A stretch of DNA of 64,000 nucleotides from Bdellovibrionales bacterium (GTDB lineage: Bacteria; Bdellovibrionota; Bdellovibrionia; Bdellovibrionales; JAGQZY01), in the NCBI GenBank assembly GCA_964230645.1, contig CAXRHT010000001.1, forward strand, positions 544,001-608,000. The letters run 5' to 3'. The translations under genes were made by a program, and so were the position numbers. How positions within the stretch are numbered: the stretch's first letter is position 1; every line of letters begins with the position of its first letter. The notes below the pieces were generated by a model. It searched no databases. It worked only from the letters and a program-made list of their open reading frames with translations, and was not told the DNA's origin. Shown here one piece after another: positions 18,943 through 29,509 of the stretch.

Positions 18943-20232
18943 TTACCTCTTGTTTCTCTGAGTTCCTGTATAATTTAAAAAGCATGAAGCCTGTGATTCA
19001 GTCTGATAAATATCCCTACCCATCACATCGTTGACCACTTGTCCAGAACGCCAGGCCATCAAGCTGGTCTGTGGGTCCACGATCCCGTGATTATGACGAC
19101 TGAAATTTAATGCATAGATCTTGTTATCAGATGGGCCATCCCAGGTGAGCGAGTAGTTCTTGTTGAAGATAAAACGCTTTTTCTCGTCCAGATTTAATCT
19201 TGAAAAAAGAGGTTCAAGTACTGGAGGGAGGCCTTCCTTAAAACCCGTGGCCAAAACCACAATATCAGCCTCCAGGGTCTCTTTTTCACCCTTAAAATGA
19301 TTTCTAATATTAAGGCTGTAGGCACCACTTCTTTCTTCCATGCCTTCGAGATAGCGCAGAGGTAAAATATTAATTTCCCGAGTGTCTTTCTCAACAAAGC
19401 GCTTGAGATACAAATCGTTATAAAGTTCCTGCAAATAATAAGGTGTATTACCGTCACTGGTTAACTTTTGTTGAGCCACCAGTTCATCTTTTCGGGGCTG
19501 ATCCAAGTCCCAAAACTGGCCAACGTAGTCTGGGGTGAAGTAATCATTGGCAAAAGCCGATTCATCCAGTGGCTCCAGGTTATGCCGGCGTGAAACGAGA
19601 TTTAAAGACTTGGGATCTCCCCACTTTCCTTTTAAAGCGTTTCTAAAAATCTCAAGACCGGTTTGTCCGCCCCCAACAATCACAACTTTCTTGTCAGTGA
19701 AGTTAGCACTATCAAGCTTTCCAGATTTGGCGTGAAAAACCTTATCTCCAAGATAAGAATAAGCACAGTCTGGCGTCCACGCTTTCTTTCCCGTGGCAAC
19801 ACTAATATTTCGACTTCTCCACTCACCCTTATTGGTTTGGGTCACAAACTGACTTCCGTCGAAATCAATGGCATAGACATCGGTCTCAAACTCAATAAAC
19901 TCACTAAGCGATTGGCTCACCCATTGTCCATATTGCTGGTATTCAAGACGAGTGATCGAATTCCGCTGGGTGTTTAAAAACGAGTAAAATAAACCACTCT
20001 CTTTTAAATAGTTTAGAAACGAATAGCGATTGGTGGGATCTACAGGCGTGACCAAATCTTTTAGATAAGAGGTCTGCATTGTGGAGTCACCAAACATAAT
20101 TTCCGGATGCCACTGAAATTCTGACTTCTTTTCCAAGAAGTGAATATTCCCCTCAACGGGATGAAGAAGAGCCGCCAAACTAAGATTGGATGGTCCAAGA
20201 CCGATACCGACTAATTCTTTACAATCTGACAC
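18943..20232 (-). CDS. iucD: L-lysine N6-monooxygenase (IucD/SidA family)
   Basis: GIGLGPSNLSLAAL, FQWHP, VGGGQTG, VVLATG motifs; GTG at 20232 follows AAGGGGG. Confidence 0.9.
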   Translation of the reverse strand: MSDCKELVGIGLGPSNLSLAALLHPVEGNIHFLEKKSEFQWHPEIMFGDSTMQTSYLKDLVTPVDPTNRYSFLNYLKESGLFYSFLNTQRNSITRLEYQQYGQWVSQSLSEFIEFETDVYAIDFDGSQFVTQTNKGEWRSRNISVATGKKAWTPDCAYSYLGDKVFHAKSGKLDSANFTDKKVVIVGGGQTGLEIFRNALKGKWGDPKSLNLVSRRHNLEPLDESAFANDYFTPDYVGQFWDLDQPRKDELVAQQKLTSDGNTPYYLQELYNDLYLKRFVEKDTREINILPLRYLEGMEERSGAYSLNIRNHFKGEKETLEADIVVLATGFKEGLPPVLEPLFSRLNLDEKKRFIFNKNYSLTWDGPSDNKIYALNFSRHNHGIVDPQTSLMAWRSGQVVNDVMGRDIYQTESQASCFLNYTGTQRNKR

Positions 20233-21967
20233 TTTGCGCCCCCTTATATAATGGGTTATTGAGGTCACTGCCGAGCATGGGTTTGGGTCTCATAGCTGAG
20301 TCCCCATAGCCTATGGAAAAGCGGACTTTATTCAAAAGCACTCTTTTAATCTTTTCATTGAGAAGATTATGGGTCTGATCAACTGACTCGCCTTTTTGCT
20401 CTCCGAGATATCCTTTAATGACCTCACTTAAAATTTGATAGAATTTGTCCTCAGCAAATCCCTCTGACTCAAATAGTGCCGAAGAAATAAAGCGAAGAAC
20501 TGTAACGAAATGACCTGTAACCAAGTCATGAATGATATACTCAGGCTTTAGTGTCTCGTAGGAGTCGATTACATCTTTGAAAACATGGGACTTTTCTTTA
20601 AGCTCTTCAGAAAAACGTAAGTCCCCTTGAAAGTCTTTTAGTATGACTCCTGAGGGAATATTGTCTTTTAATCTCAAGATTGTGTTTTGGCCATGGGCCA
20701 CCAACCCCACGCCATACTCCAATTGAAGATGATAAAGAGGTATGACCACACTCTCAAAATACCTCTGTAACCACTCTTCCATACTTAGACCTGAGCGCCT
20801 CTGAAAAACGGCAAGGAGACATTTTTTTTCACTATCTTGATGGAAAAGTCCGCCTGTCATAATGGCATTTTCATCAGGATGTAGTTTAGACGAGAGGCTC
20901 TCCCGAAACACAACCCCTAAATACTCCTGAAACCTATAGGGAACTTCTTTAAGTTGCTTATACTGAGGATGCACATAGGATATTCCAGCAGGCTCTTTTA
21001 GAACCTGGGTTCCTCGCTTCTTTAACACAGGGTCTTGCTCACAGAGTTCTTCTAATTTTCTCGATGTACTGGGAGCCACCTTCAGATATTGTGAAGGGAG
21101 TCCCCTCACAGCCGAGGTGTTTAGTATACTAAGAGATAGCTTTATGTCGCATTTCTGTGGCCTTTCGGTGTTGGAAAAACTCCTGATAGAAACCTGGGGA
21201 AGATAGGGATCCCCTGCTTGACCCAGATAAATAATTTTCTGGTTATGAATCTCTTCCTGAAATTGTAATTTTATATAGCGACTGTATTGCCATGGATGCA
21301 CAGGCATCAAATAATAGTCTCTGGGAGCTTTACCTAGAGCTTTAATTTTTTGATGAAACTTCTTTAATTCAAAAGAGGTTAAACTTTGCTCGACGAAATC
21401 ATTATACTCTTTACCTTGCTCGACACCGACAACAACTTGAGTTGAATAAACAGCAATCCAATCAAAGCACACTTCCTGGCTAATCTCGGGCGCGTACTGA
21501 TCCAATTCTTCACTGCCCCACCCCATGCGACCTTTGTTTAAAAGAATTTTAGGATGACCATTGTAATAGCTCTGTCTCTGGATTGACTTCATATCAGCCA
21601 GTTGCTCAAGACTCACCTTGCTGTTCTTTTCAAAAAGTTTGCTATCGATGTAAAGAGTCGAACTCATCTCCTCTAAGAAGGATCCAAACTCAATCTCATC
21701 CATAGCAAGCTCAGCCTTGGCATCTATAAAAAATTGTCCAGCCGAAAGAGTTCTTCCGTCATGGGATTTACGCACAAGAGTGAGAGGATCGACTCTAAGA
21801 TAGTCCCAAATACTCTTCCAAGCGCGGAAAAAATACTCGACACCACTGTCGAGTTTTAAAGAATACAAATCCTCCTCTTTAACTGAGGGATAAAGGACTT
21901 GCTCGTAGGAGAGCTCTCCGATTGATTTTGCAATAAGTTGTCGATTCACCTGAGTCCAAGTGTTCAT
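20219..21967 (-). CDS. iucC: NIS siderophore synthetase, IucC type
   Basis: GHP....KGR.GW, PVHPWQ, SIRS, IKLSLSILNTS, AHGQN, KDFQGD motifs. Confidence 0.88.
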   Translation of the reverse strand: MNTWTQVNRQLIAKSIGELSYEQVLYPSVKEEDLYSLKLDSGVEYFFRAWKSIWDYLRVDPLTLVRKSHDGRTLSAGQFFIDAKAELAMDEIEFGSFLEEMSSTLYIDSKLFEKNSKVSLEQLADMKSIQRQSYYNGHPKILLNKGRMGWGSEELDQYAPEISQEVCFDWIAVYSTQVVVGVEQGKEYNDFVEQSLTSFELKKFHQKIKALGKAPRDYYLMPVHPWQYSRYIKLQFQEEIHNQKIIYLGQAGDPYLPQVSIRSFSNTERPQKCDIKLSLSILNTSAVRGLPSQYLKVAPSTSRKLEELCEQDPVLKKRGTQVLKEPAGISYVHPQYKQLKEVPYRFQEYLGVVFRESLSSKLHPDENAIMTGGLFHQDSEKKCLLAVFQRRSGLSMEEWLQRYFESVVIPLYHLQLEYGVGLVAHGQNTILRLKDNIPSGVILKDFQGDLRFSEELKEKSHVFKDVIDSYETLKPEYIIHDLVTGHFVTVLRFISSALFESEGFAEDKFYQILSEVIKGYLGEQKGESVDQTHNLLNEKIKRVLLNKVRFSIGYGDSAMRPKPMLGSDLNNPLYKGAQSVRL

Positions 21968-22980
21968 AGCTCATGCACTCCTGCGAAAAAATCTTCTCGT
22001 CTCACCGATAAAAGGGCTGAGCGTTTATGGGGGAAATCAAATTCTTTGATAAACTCCCACCCTGGGACCATTTCAACGTACTTAAGGACAGCTTTGTTAT
22101 CACTACGAGGCTCGGCGACGATCCGGCGAGTCCGACAGTCTTGAAGAAAAAGGAAATGAGTGATTGAGGTCAGTACCCCTTTGGTATTCTTGCGCCCCAA
22201 GAATTTCTCTTCACCGATTAAAAAGTGAAAGCCACGGTCATAGGCTTCGGGATTATCGTAAAAGGGACTGATTCGATCCTCTTTAGCCCAATAGATTTCA
22301 AAGTACCCTGCACACTCTCCGTCGATTTCTAGGATGAGAGGTGTTTGGTGTGGGTCTTTTTGGGCTTTTTCAAGATATTCTTTGAGTTGCTCTTTACTAA
22401 AATTCAACTCCCAAAGGTCAAATACTCTTTCTTTGTTATGCCAATAATGGAAAATATCGAGATCCCTTTCGATATCAATGGCTCTGAAACTGATTGTTTT
22501 GTGGATAGAGCTCATTCGTCTTTTATAAAGACAACCATCCCCGAGGGAATAACGTTCAGGATGAGTTTGCTCCCCGGTCTGTGTCCAGGTTTCTGCGCGA
22601 TTTTCAACCGCAGGATTTTTTAACCAAAAACTAGGAAGCTGAAAGTACTGCTTCCTTGTCATCACCAGAGAGTCTTCCTCGCTTTCTAAAAACTCATTAA
22701 GGAATTCAGGCCAACGACCTCGGCCCTCCATTTTGATTTGCACATACTCAGCGTTTCCACTCTTTGAAAAAACGAATTGAAAGAGGCTATTAAAAAATAA
22801 AGCGTCATTGGGAAGATATTCGCTACTCAGACTCACGCCCCCTTCGGTTTCTTTATATTTAAGTTGAGTCAACTGACGGTCAGCACTCTCAACGACAACT
22901 TCTCCCTCTCCAAAGTGGACTCTAAAGGGAAGTGGTTGATTTTGTTCGAAATACTCCCGTGTCTTTTCCATTTGATTCAT
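21964..22980 (-). CDS. iucB: N6-hydroxylysine acyltransferase (IucB/AlcB-like GNAT)
   Basis: GYFEIYWAKED, DRGFH.LIGE, FL.D.RT.RIV.EPR.DN, EFDFPHKR motifs. Confidence 0.88.
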   Translation of the reverse strand: MNQMEKTREYFEQNQPLPFRVHFGEGEVVVESADRQLTQLKYKETEGGVSLSSEYLPNDALFFNSLFQFVFSKSGNAEYVQIKMEGRGRWPEFLNEFLESEEDSLVMTRKQYFQLPSFWLKNPAVENRAETWTQTGEQTHPERYSLGDGCLYKRRMSSIHKTISFRAIDIERDLDIFHYWHNKERVFDLWELNFSKEQLKEYLEKAQKDPHQTPLILEIDGECAGYFEIYWAKEDRISPFYDNPEAYDRGFHFLIGEEKFLGRKNTKGVLTSITHFLFLQDCRTRRIVAEPRSDNKAVLKYVEMVPGWEFIKEFDFPHKRSALLSVRREDFFAGVHEL

Positions 22981-24728
22981 AATGCTTTCTCCTTTGGCAG
23001 AGGTTTCATGGGATTTTGTATTAGGGTATAGATTTCTAGAGGATTAAGAGTTGTGTTTTCGTTAATATTTCTCAAAGTACAAAAAAAGTTGCCTTTAAAC
23101 TTCAAACGCTCTTCCTTGAGAAGATAATCAAGAAAGCTAGGATCTTTTACGCCTTCAGCTCTCAGGGGAATCAGAAAGTTACGCAAATCCTCTATAAGAA
23201 TCTCTTCAACTTCTGGATTCAGCTGGCTTAAGGCGGAGATCACTCCAAAGCTTGAGTTGGTTATGAGATAGTAGCCAAACAGAGCATGCCCCATTTCACT
23301 AGAAACCACATTTTCGTTTTCTTCACGGATGCTCGCTATAGACTGCGAGTAGAGTTTAAAGCCTAACTCCGAATAGCCTGTCCCCTGACAGTCTCTAAAG
23401 TAACAACCCTGAGGAATTCCATTTTTAAGGCTGATCACTAAATTCTGTTGGTGAGCTCCCAAAAGTACACCATAGTCCGCTTGTAAAATTATAAAGGGTT
23501 TAAGCACATTCTGGCAGTAAGCTTTAAACCAACCCCTTAGGTTTTCAGTGTTTTCTATTGGACCAATAAACTCTGCAACAAGATCTAAGATTCCATTGCC
23601 GGCTGTTTGTAGGTTTTCTTGTGTGAGCGAAGATAAAACAGCCTGATCTTTTGATTTCTGTACGGACCGAAAGGGATTTTCTCTAAAAACAACCACAGAA
23701 TCAGAGCTTGGTTCGCCCGACTCATCTTTTAAACATAGATAAAAAGGCTCGCAGAGGATATGGAAGCCATTGTGATCTGTTTTAAATTCTTCAAACTTCG
23801 CCGATTTGACAACATCATAGAGCTGTAGACCCCGGTCCACTTCTTTAGGAAGGAGATGACGAACAGAATTGGTGAGCTTAAGACTCAGAGAAAACTTCAA
23901 CATATTGGGGGAACTCTCAGAGAAAACCGTTCGCAGAGAGGAAGTCGCTCGCCAATTCGGCTCTTCTTTATGAAAAAGTACGACCCTCTCAGTCTTTAAG
24001 TATTTTTGAAAATACTCTCGATTTAACAAAGCTTTCTCTTGCCAGGGATGGACCGGCAACAAGCGATAACCCTTCTTATAAAAGAAATTATTATGTAACA
24101 TTTGTGGGTTACAAAAGACCTCTTCTTCTTGGCGTTCATAAGCAAAGCTTTCCGAATGTTGGAAAAAGAGCACCTCAGGATCGACTAGATACCAGGTCAG
24201 TCCGAAGGCGTTGCGATATTCAGGACAAAAAATTTGTGCTTCTTCTCGACTCAAAGCTTCGCGACTTTTTGGTGTAGGATGAAAGGGATGCCCTAGAATC
24301 AGATCCTGCTCAAAATCTATAAAACTTTTAGACTTGGGGGAGGAAACCTCTGGAGGCTCTTGCAAACGAACTCTTAGGGCTTCTTCCATGGAATGAAAGC
24401 TGGCTTTGACCCGAGCGTAAAAACGCTCCCCTTCTTCTCTCTTATCAAGGGAGAGGTAGTGTATGATATCACCGGCGGCATCAAGGGGTGTTAACTTAAA
24501 GAGGCCGTGAGAATCGGTTTTTTGAACAAAAGATTTGGTTTGAAACTTGCCGAGTTTACGTCGAGAAAGGATGGGAACGTGGAACTTCACCTGATTGATC
24601 GCAATGATTAGAACAGACTCGCCACCACTATCTTCCACCCAATGATCATTCCATTCTTTCAGGAAGGAATTCATAAAAGCATCGAAAGAGAGTCTTTGTG
24701 CCATGTCCGTTATTTCTGCACTATCCAT
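22977..24728 (-). CDS. iucA: NIS siderophore synthetase, IucA type
   Basis: EQ.L..GHPFHPTPKSR, PVHPWQ, TSSLRT, KFSLS.KLTNSVR, AHQQN, RDCQG motifs. Confidence 0.88.
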   Translation of the reverse strand: MDSAEITDMAQRLSFDAFMNSFLKEWNDHWVEDSGGESVLIIAINQVKFHVPILSRRKLGKFQTKSFVQKTDSHGLFKLTPLDAAGDIIHYLSLDKREEGERFYARVKASFHSMEEALRVRLQEPPEVSSPKSKSFIDFEQDLILGHPFHPTPKSREALSREEAQIFCPEYRNAFGLTWYLVDPEVLFFQHSESFAYERQEEEVFCNPQMLHNNFFYKKGYRLLPVHPWQEKALLNREYFQKYLKTERVVLFHKEEPNWRATSSLRTVFSESSPNMLKFSLSLKLTNSVRHLLPKEVDRGLQLYDVVKSAKFEEFKTDHNGFHILCEPFYLCLKDESGEPSSDSVVVFRENPFRSVQKSKDQAVLSSLTQENLQTAGNGILDLVAEFIGPIENTENLRGWFKAYCQNVLKPFIILQADYGVLLGAHQQNLVISLKNGIPQGCYFRDCQGTGYSELGFKLYSQSIASIREENENVVSSEMGHALFGYYLITNSSFGVISALSQLNPEVEEILIEDLRNFLIPLRAEGVKDPSFLDYLLKEERLKFKGNFFCTLRNINENTTLNPLEIYTLIQNPMKPLPKEKAL

Positions 24729-25917
24729 AGTTCTCTCTCCTCATAACCTTTTCTGAACCACGGCCTGTGGGCAGACAGAGAAACATCAATACTCCACCGA
24801 CCCCTGTAAGAATAAAGATAAAGATTTCTTCATTGAATCGAAAAGCGAAAGCCGCCAAAGCTCCCCCAAGCGCGTAGCCGGTTGTATAAAAGGAGGCCAT
24901 CCAACCGGCTCTCTTTGCGTAACCTTTGAGTCCAAAAATTCTCTTTAAGTCTGCAAGATTGAAGGCTGGTACCATTGCGAGACCAAACGAAATCACAAAA
25001 ATGGCAAGGTAAAGATCAGACTTATTTTCAAACAAGCCAAACAGAAGCCCCCCTACCACTAAAAAAATTCCACCAATGAGTTTACCCACTTGCACGGAAA
25101 TCTCTTTAAAAAGAATCAAGGCCAATTGCACTCCAACAATGATCGTAACGGCCATAAGAAAAAGAAGGGCACTCTGTTCAGCAGCCTCCTGGCCGGTGAC
25201 TGAAAAAGTTTCTTGAATACGACCAGCCAGTGAAGAATTAATTAGCTCTAAATAAATCGAGAAACAGAAAGCAACAAGAAAGGGTTTCTTTAAAAAACCC
25301 ATTTCTTTAAACTCTAAACCCAAAACGGGAACTTGTTTTTGAGAAGTAGGCTCTGAGGGCAGGAAAAGAGCAGACAAGGCGCAAACGATTAAAGCGATCA
25401 GGAGGAACGAAAATATAACTCCTAAATTTTCCGTTAGAAAAAATAGGCTAGTAAAACCAAAAAGACGACCACAATTTAGACACAAAGAATGGAGGATCAT
25501 GGGTTTTGAGCTGGTGGTCGGTACCCGAGCATGAAGACTTTGTGAAACGGGGTTGATTCCAGAAACACTCAAGCCATAAATGACTCGACTTAACAACAAA
25601 AAGGCTAGAGACCAAACTTTCATGGCTGGTGGAAAATAAAACATGAATACGATCACCGAAAGAGACAGCAAAAGGCCCAGGATTCCAATAATCAATACAG
25701 GCAAGGCTCCTAAACTTTCACTTTTTGTGGACCAAAAAGGTCCAGTGAAAGCAAACAGGAGGGTTCCAATACTAAAACACAATATCACTTGAGACAGGGA
25801 CAGGTTGAGTTGATCCGCCAAATACGGATAAAGCGGAAGTAAGATTCCTTGGCTGAAAGCAAACAAGAAAGAACTTCCAAAGGCTAAGCTTCTCTTAAGA
25901 GCTGTTTCACTAAACAC
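24721..25917 (-). CDS. MFS transporter (siderophore export, ShiF-like position)
   Basis: About 12 hydrophobic segments, P.W...S..LG, LSR.IYG. GTG at 25917 follows GAGG and overlaps the upstream stop. Confidence 0.8.
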   Translation of the reverse strand: MFSETALKRSLAFGSSFLFAFSQGILLPLYPYLADQLNLSLSQVILCFSIGTLLFAFTGPFWSTKSESLGALPVLIIGILGLLLSLSVIVFMFYFPPAMKVWSLAFLLLSRVIYGLSVSGINPVSQSLHARVPTTSSKPMILHSLCLNCGRLFGFTSLFFLTENLGVIFSFLLIALIVCALSALFLPSEPTSQKQVPVLGLEFKEMGFLKKPFLVAFCFSIYLELINSSLAGRIQETFSVTGQEAAEQSALLFLMAVTIIVGVQLALILFKEISVQVGKLIGGIFLVVGGLLFGLFENKSDLYLAIFVISFGLAMVPAFNLADLKRIFGLKGYAKRAGWMASFYTTGYALGGALAAFAFRFNEEIFIFILTGVGGVLMFLCLPTGRGSEKVMRRENYG

Positions 25918-27190
25918 GGAACCTCGCTTTGGAAACAAGGACCACCAGAGGGATACAAAACAATAAAAGGCTTGTAAAAAAATAAAGACCTTCTTGAAAG
26001 AGACAGCCCACGACCCCTGCAACAATAGTGAATATGAAAACCAACGGCCAAGCGTAAGCCACTTTTCCTGGCACTGAATTCTTCAGTGGGCTAAGCCGTG
26101 TTTTTTCTTTCATTTTTCGGGTGCGGCTCCAATAGGTGGCTACACCCATAATCATCACAAGTAACGAGCAAAGTGCAAAAAGAAGCCAGATAATTTTGAA
26201 GAGCAAGCCACCATAATTACCAAAATGAAGGGGCTCGGAAAGAATCAGAGCTTTTAAATAGAAAGGGAGGTTGACCACCTCTCTGAGTCCTCCACTGTCT
26301 GCGCTAGAAAGGAGAATTTGGCTGGCCTGCTGACGTCCTAACCAAAACTTTTCCATCAAAAATACAAAATGGCCAGGGACTCCAAACTCTGTCCCAGGAA
26401 AGGAAACAAAAGAGATTTCCCCTTCTAAATTCTGATTTTGGACGTTGGCAATGGCATGTCCTAAGACCCCACTGCCTGAGACTTCAGAATTCACACTGTT
26501 TTCATATTTAGAGATGAGCTGATTCAAGGTAGAATACTGAAAGGCTTTAATAATCAGACTATTAAAAGCAAGAAGGGTCCCGGTAAACCCAACAATCAAA
26601 GCCCATCCAAAGCTGGTCACCCCTAGATACTTATGGAGATCGGCGAGCTTAAGCTTAAAAGGGTTTCGAATATCTCCGAAACTTCTTTTTTTCATCATGC
26701 GCCCGTAGATAAAGAATCCACTGATCAGTAGAAACACATAAAGAAAACCGACAAACCCAATGTACATTTTGCCAAAGAAACCTAGAAACAGTTCCCGATG
26801 AAGCTCCAAGAGCCAGGGGAAAAAGCCTGACTCCTCTTTCTTTGCTTCTCCTCGGATCTTTTTTTCCCGAATATCATATGTGATTTTTCGAGCTTCCCTT
26901 AAAGGAGTTTTAGCACTCTCACCCAGACGGATTTGAATCCAGTGGGCCTTTTTATGATCTTGAAAAGCGGCTAAAGGGTAAAGCTTAGGAAACTGGGCTT
27001 TTGTTTCCGTTAAGCCAGCGGAAAGTGAGTTCACCCAAGGCTCACCGAGTGGCTTTGAAGGAGAAGGACTGAACTCGTCTTTGAAAAGTAGCAGGATTCC
27101 AGTGAGTGACAATAGGAGAAAGTTAAAACTTATGAAAAGTCCAACGGCAGTATGGATCTTGTGGAATTTTTTATAAGTTTTATTTTTCAA
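25910..27190 (-). CDS. PepSY-associated TM helix protein (putative ferrisiderophore reductase)
   Basis: H..VGL..., LH.ELF, DLHKYLG and PLHFGNYGG conserved His pattern; first gene of the siderophore operon. TTG at 27190 follows GGGGTGG. Confidence 0.85.
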   Translation of the reverse strand: MKNKTYKKFHKIHTAVGLFISFNFLLLSLTGILLLFKDEFSPSPSKPLGEPWVNSLSAGLTETKAQFPKLYPLAAFQDHKKAHWIQIRLGESAKTPLREARKITYDIREKKIRGEAKKEESGFFPWLLELHRELFLGFFGKMYIGFVGFLYVFLLISGFFIYGRMMKKRSFGDIRNPFKLKLADLHKYLGVTSFGWALIVGFTGTLLAFNSLIIKAFQYSTLNQLISKYENSVNSEVSGSGVLGHAIANVQNQNLEGEISFVSFPGTEFGVPGHFVFLMEKFWLGRQQASQILLSSADSGGLREVVNLPFYLKALILSEPLHFGNYGGLLFKIIWLLFALCSLLVMIMGVATYWSRTRKMKEKTRLSPLKNSVPGKVAYAWPLVFIFTIVAGVVGCLFQEGLYFFTSLLLFCIPLVVLVSKARFRV

Positions 27191-27245
27191 AGACCACCCC
27201 AACGGATTATTCAACCTGAACCATTCACTACGACATGATTTAGTT

Positions 27246-27264
27246 GGTAACGAAAATTACTCTC
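27246..27264. promoter_or_regulatory. Putative Fur box upstream of the siderophore operon
   Basis: GGTAACGAAAATTACTCTC matches GATAATGATAATCATTATC at 13 of 19 positions. Confidence 0.45.
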
Positions 27265-27485
27265 AGTTTAAATAGGGTTTAATACCCTCAGGGTCAAATA
27301 AAGGGGGGAATAAAAATCTAAATGACTAGAAAGAGCCAAGTTTTCGAAAACTAAATGATAAATGAAATCCTATTGAAAATCTACGGACCATATATTGATA
27401 ATGGCTTGTCCACAGTAATGGCGTCAGATTTCTTGAAGAACAAGTAAATATATTAAATAATCGAGCAAAGCCCCATAGGAATCTC

Positions 27486-28052
27486 ATGTTAAAATACAAT
27501 CAAATCTATTTTTATCGCGTGCGCGGGCTGTGGAAATGGCAGACTTTTTTTAGCCTTCAGTCGTTTAAGGCTTTGAAAAATTCGAAACTGAGCTTTTCTA
27601 ATAAAGCGATTCTTACGTCTTTAACCCTCACTCAAGACATTTTTGGTCCGGCAAGAATGCACAGTTATGTGGACATTAATCCCTCGGATGATGGCGTTAC
27701 CTATACCACTCATTTGAAAAAATGGGGATTGACCCTTTACAAAAGCGTTGTGACTGTCACCCTAAGTTCTAACGGAAAAGATATGAATTTGAGGGGGGCT
27801 GAATATTGTTTTCCCAACCTGAAAAGAGGTGTTCCATTTGATCCGCAGATTGGCTTTGTCACAAAAACAACGACCAATGCCCACTATCAAATGCCTTTTA
27901 TGGGTCTACTTTGGGATTGTGAAACAACACTTAAACCTCCAGGCAAAATTAAAATTCGTCAGTCTTGGATGAAAGTGACCTTCGTTCTAAAAGAGGACTA
28001 CAACCAAATCCTAAAACAACGACTTGACGAAATTCCACCTCCGCCTCAATGA
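27486..28052 (+). CDS. Hypothetical protein
   Basis: 188-aa ORF with AGGA RBS; no recognised motif. Confidence 0.7.
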   Translation: MLKYNQIYFYRVRGLWKWQTFFSLQSFKALKNSKLSFSNKAILTSLTLTQDIFGPARMHSYVDINPSDDGVTYTTHLKKWGLTLYKSVVTVTLSSNGKDMNLRGAEYCFPNLKRGVPFDPQIGFVTKTTTNAHYQMPFMGLLWDCETTLKPPGKIKIRQSWMKVTFVLKEDYNQILKQRLDEIPPPPQ

Positions 28053-28916
28053 AGCTTACGCAATTCCATTGCGATTTTTTTAAAATCACTGTTTTCCAAC
28101 TCCGATTTACGTTTAACAAGATAAACCTTAAATTTTCTCCCCTTTAACTCTCTAGGCTCCCTTAATCTTTTCAAATGGTAGCGACTCGTACGAGAGGCGT
28201 TGAACAGCTCAACGATAAACTTGGGGAAATAACACCACCCCCATTCCCACCGAAGCCCACTGCAGAGCTGTTTCCAAAAGTGACGTCTTATGACGAATAT
28301 TTCTTGTTATAATGTCATCGGAAAATCCATCGAGTCCCCTAGCTTTTGAAGGGGTTCCACTCACAGGAGTCACTGGAACGATAAAAGGCCAATCCTCAAA
28401 AGAACTTTTCGAGAAATTTTTATGGCCAAAAATCCCCATTTCAATACTTGTCACCTCTAAAGTGTCTAACTCAGGATGAGGAATGGGTAGGTAAGTAATT
28501 CCTATGTCTGCACGCCGAGCCTGAAGGTCGTCCTCAATTTCACCCGGGACTCTCTCTAGAACAGTCATCTTTTGTGCACTAAAATGCTTTCGAATAACCG
28601 GGGTGAGAAAGTAAGTCGAGAAAACTTCAAAGGTCGCAATTTTAAGATCTCTCTCCATTTTCTGATTCTGATTCAAACTTGATATTTGAGACAACCGCTC
28701 AAGAAGGGGATCACAGTGTGCTACTAATTGATGACCGTAATCAGTGATAACGATGCCTCGCCCAGACGGTACGATCAACTTTTGCCCCAACTCAACTTCT
28801 AAGGTTTTAATAGCTTTAGAAAGAGCAGGTTGAGAAATATTAAGCAGCTCGGAAGCCTTTGTGATCGAACCGGCTCGGCTGAGAACAGAAAAATAATGCA
28901 AGCGATTTATATCCAT
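28046..28916 (-). pseudogene. LysR family regulator with a +1 frameshift near 28235 (pseudogene or assembly error)
   Basis: LysR HTH at the N-terminus; ORF stops at 235 aa, but the shifted frame continues YFPKFIVELFN...VYLVKRKS...RKLH* to 28046. Total span 871 nt = 3x290+1. Confidence 0.8.
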
Positions 28917-28995
28917 TGGTTATGGGTTTATAGTTATTATTCACTTTTTTTCAAGTAAAAATCGACCTAGATTACCTCTCACCAAGGAGGTTTCC

Positions 28996-29478
28996 ATGAA
29001 AAAATGGATCATTATCGCCACACTCATCCTTTCGCCTGGATTGAGGGCCCAAAGCTCGTTCGGGCAAGTTGACCCGTCTTGCTTTCGTCTGAAAGTTCAA
29101 ATTGGAGAAAAGGAATTCACCGATTATCTTCATATCATTGAGTCTACAGGAAGTGGTCTCGGTCCTCACCCTGGAAGAGTAAAAGCACGCCTGATCGTAC
29201 CGACGGCTCAAGGAGCTTCAACGACTACTAGTGAGTTCCGCTTTCACCCATGGGGTGGTATTTATAGCTTCAATATGCCTTTTGCTATTTATGAAAACGG
29301 GAAGTTTTTGCAATTCACTCTGCAAGGGACCTACCAAATCCCCTTCACGACAAAAGAAAAATTGCAATTCGGTGGTCACTTTGTACTCAGTGAGGAGGTG
29401 TCCTACCCCTTTACTGCAGAAAAGATTTCTGACTCTGCCACTCAATGTGGACCCTCGTTTGATTCAAATGAACCCTAA
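28996..29478 (+). CDS. Secreted hypothetical protein
   Basis: AAGGAGG RBS and signal peptide MKKWIIIATLILSPGLRA; divergent from LysR. Confidence 0.75.
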   Translation: MKKWIIIATLILSPGLRAQSSFGQVDPSCFRLKVQIGEKEFTDYLHIIESTGSGLGPHPGRVKARLIVPTAQGASTTTSEFRFHPWGGIYSFNMPFAIYENGKFLQFTLQGTYQIPFTTKEKLQFGGHFVLSEEVSYPFTAEKISDSATQCGPSFDSNEP

Positions 29479-29509
29479 CCAGGTGCTCCCTATTAAGGGA
29501 GCCCTCTTT

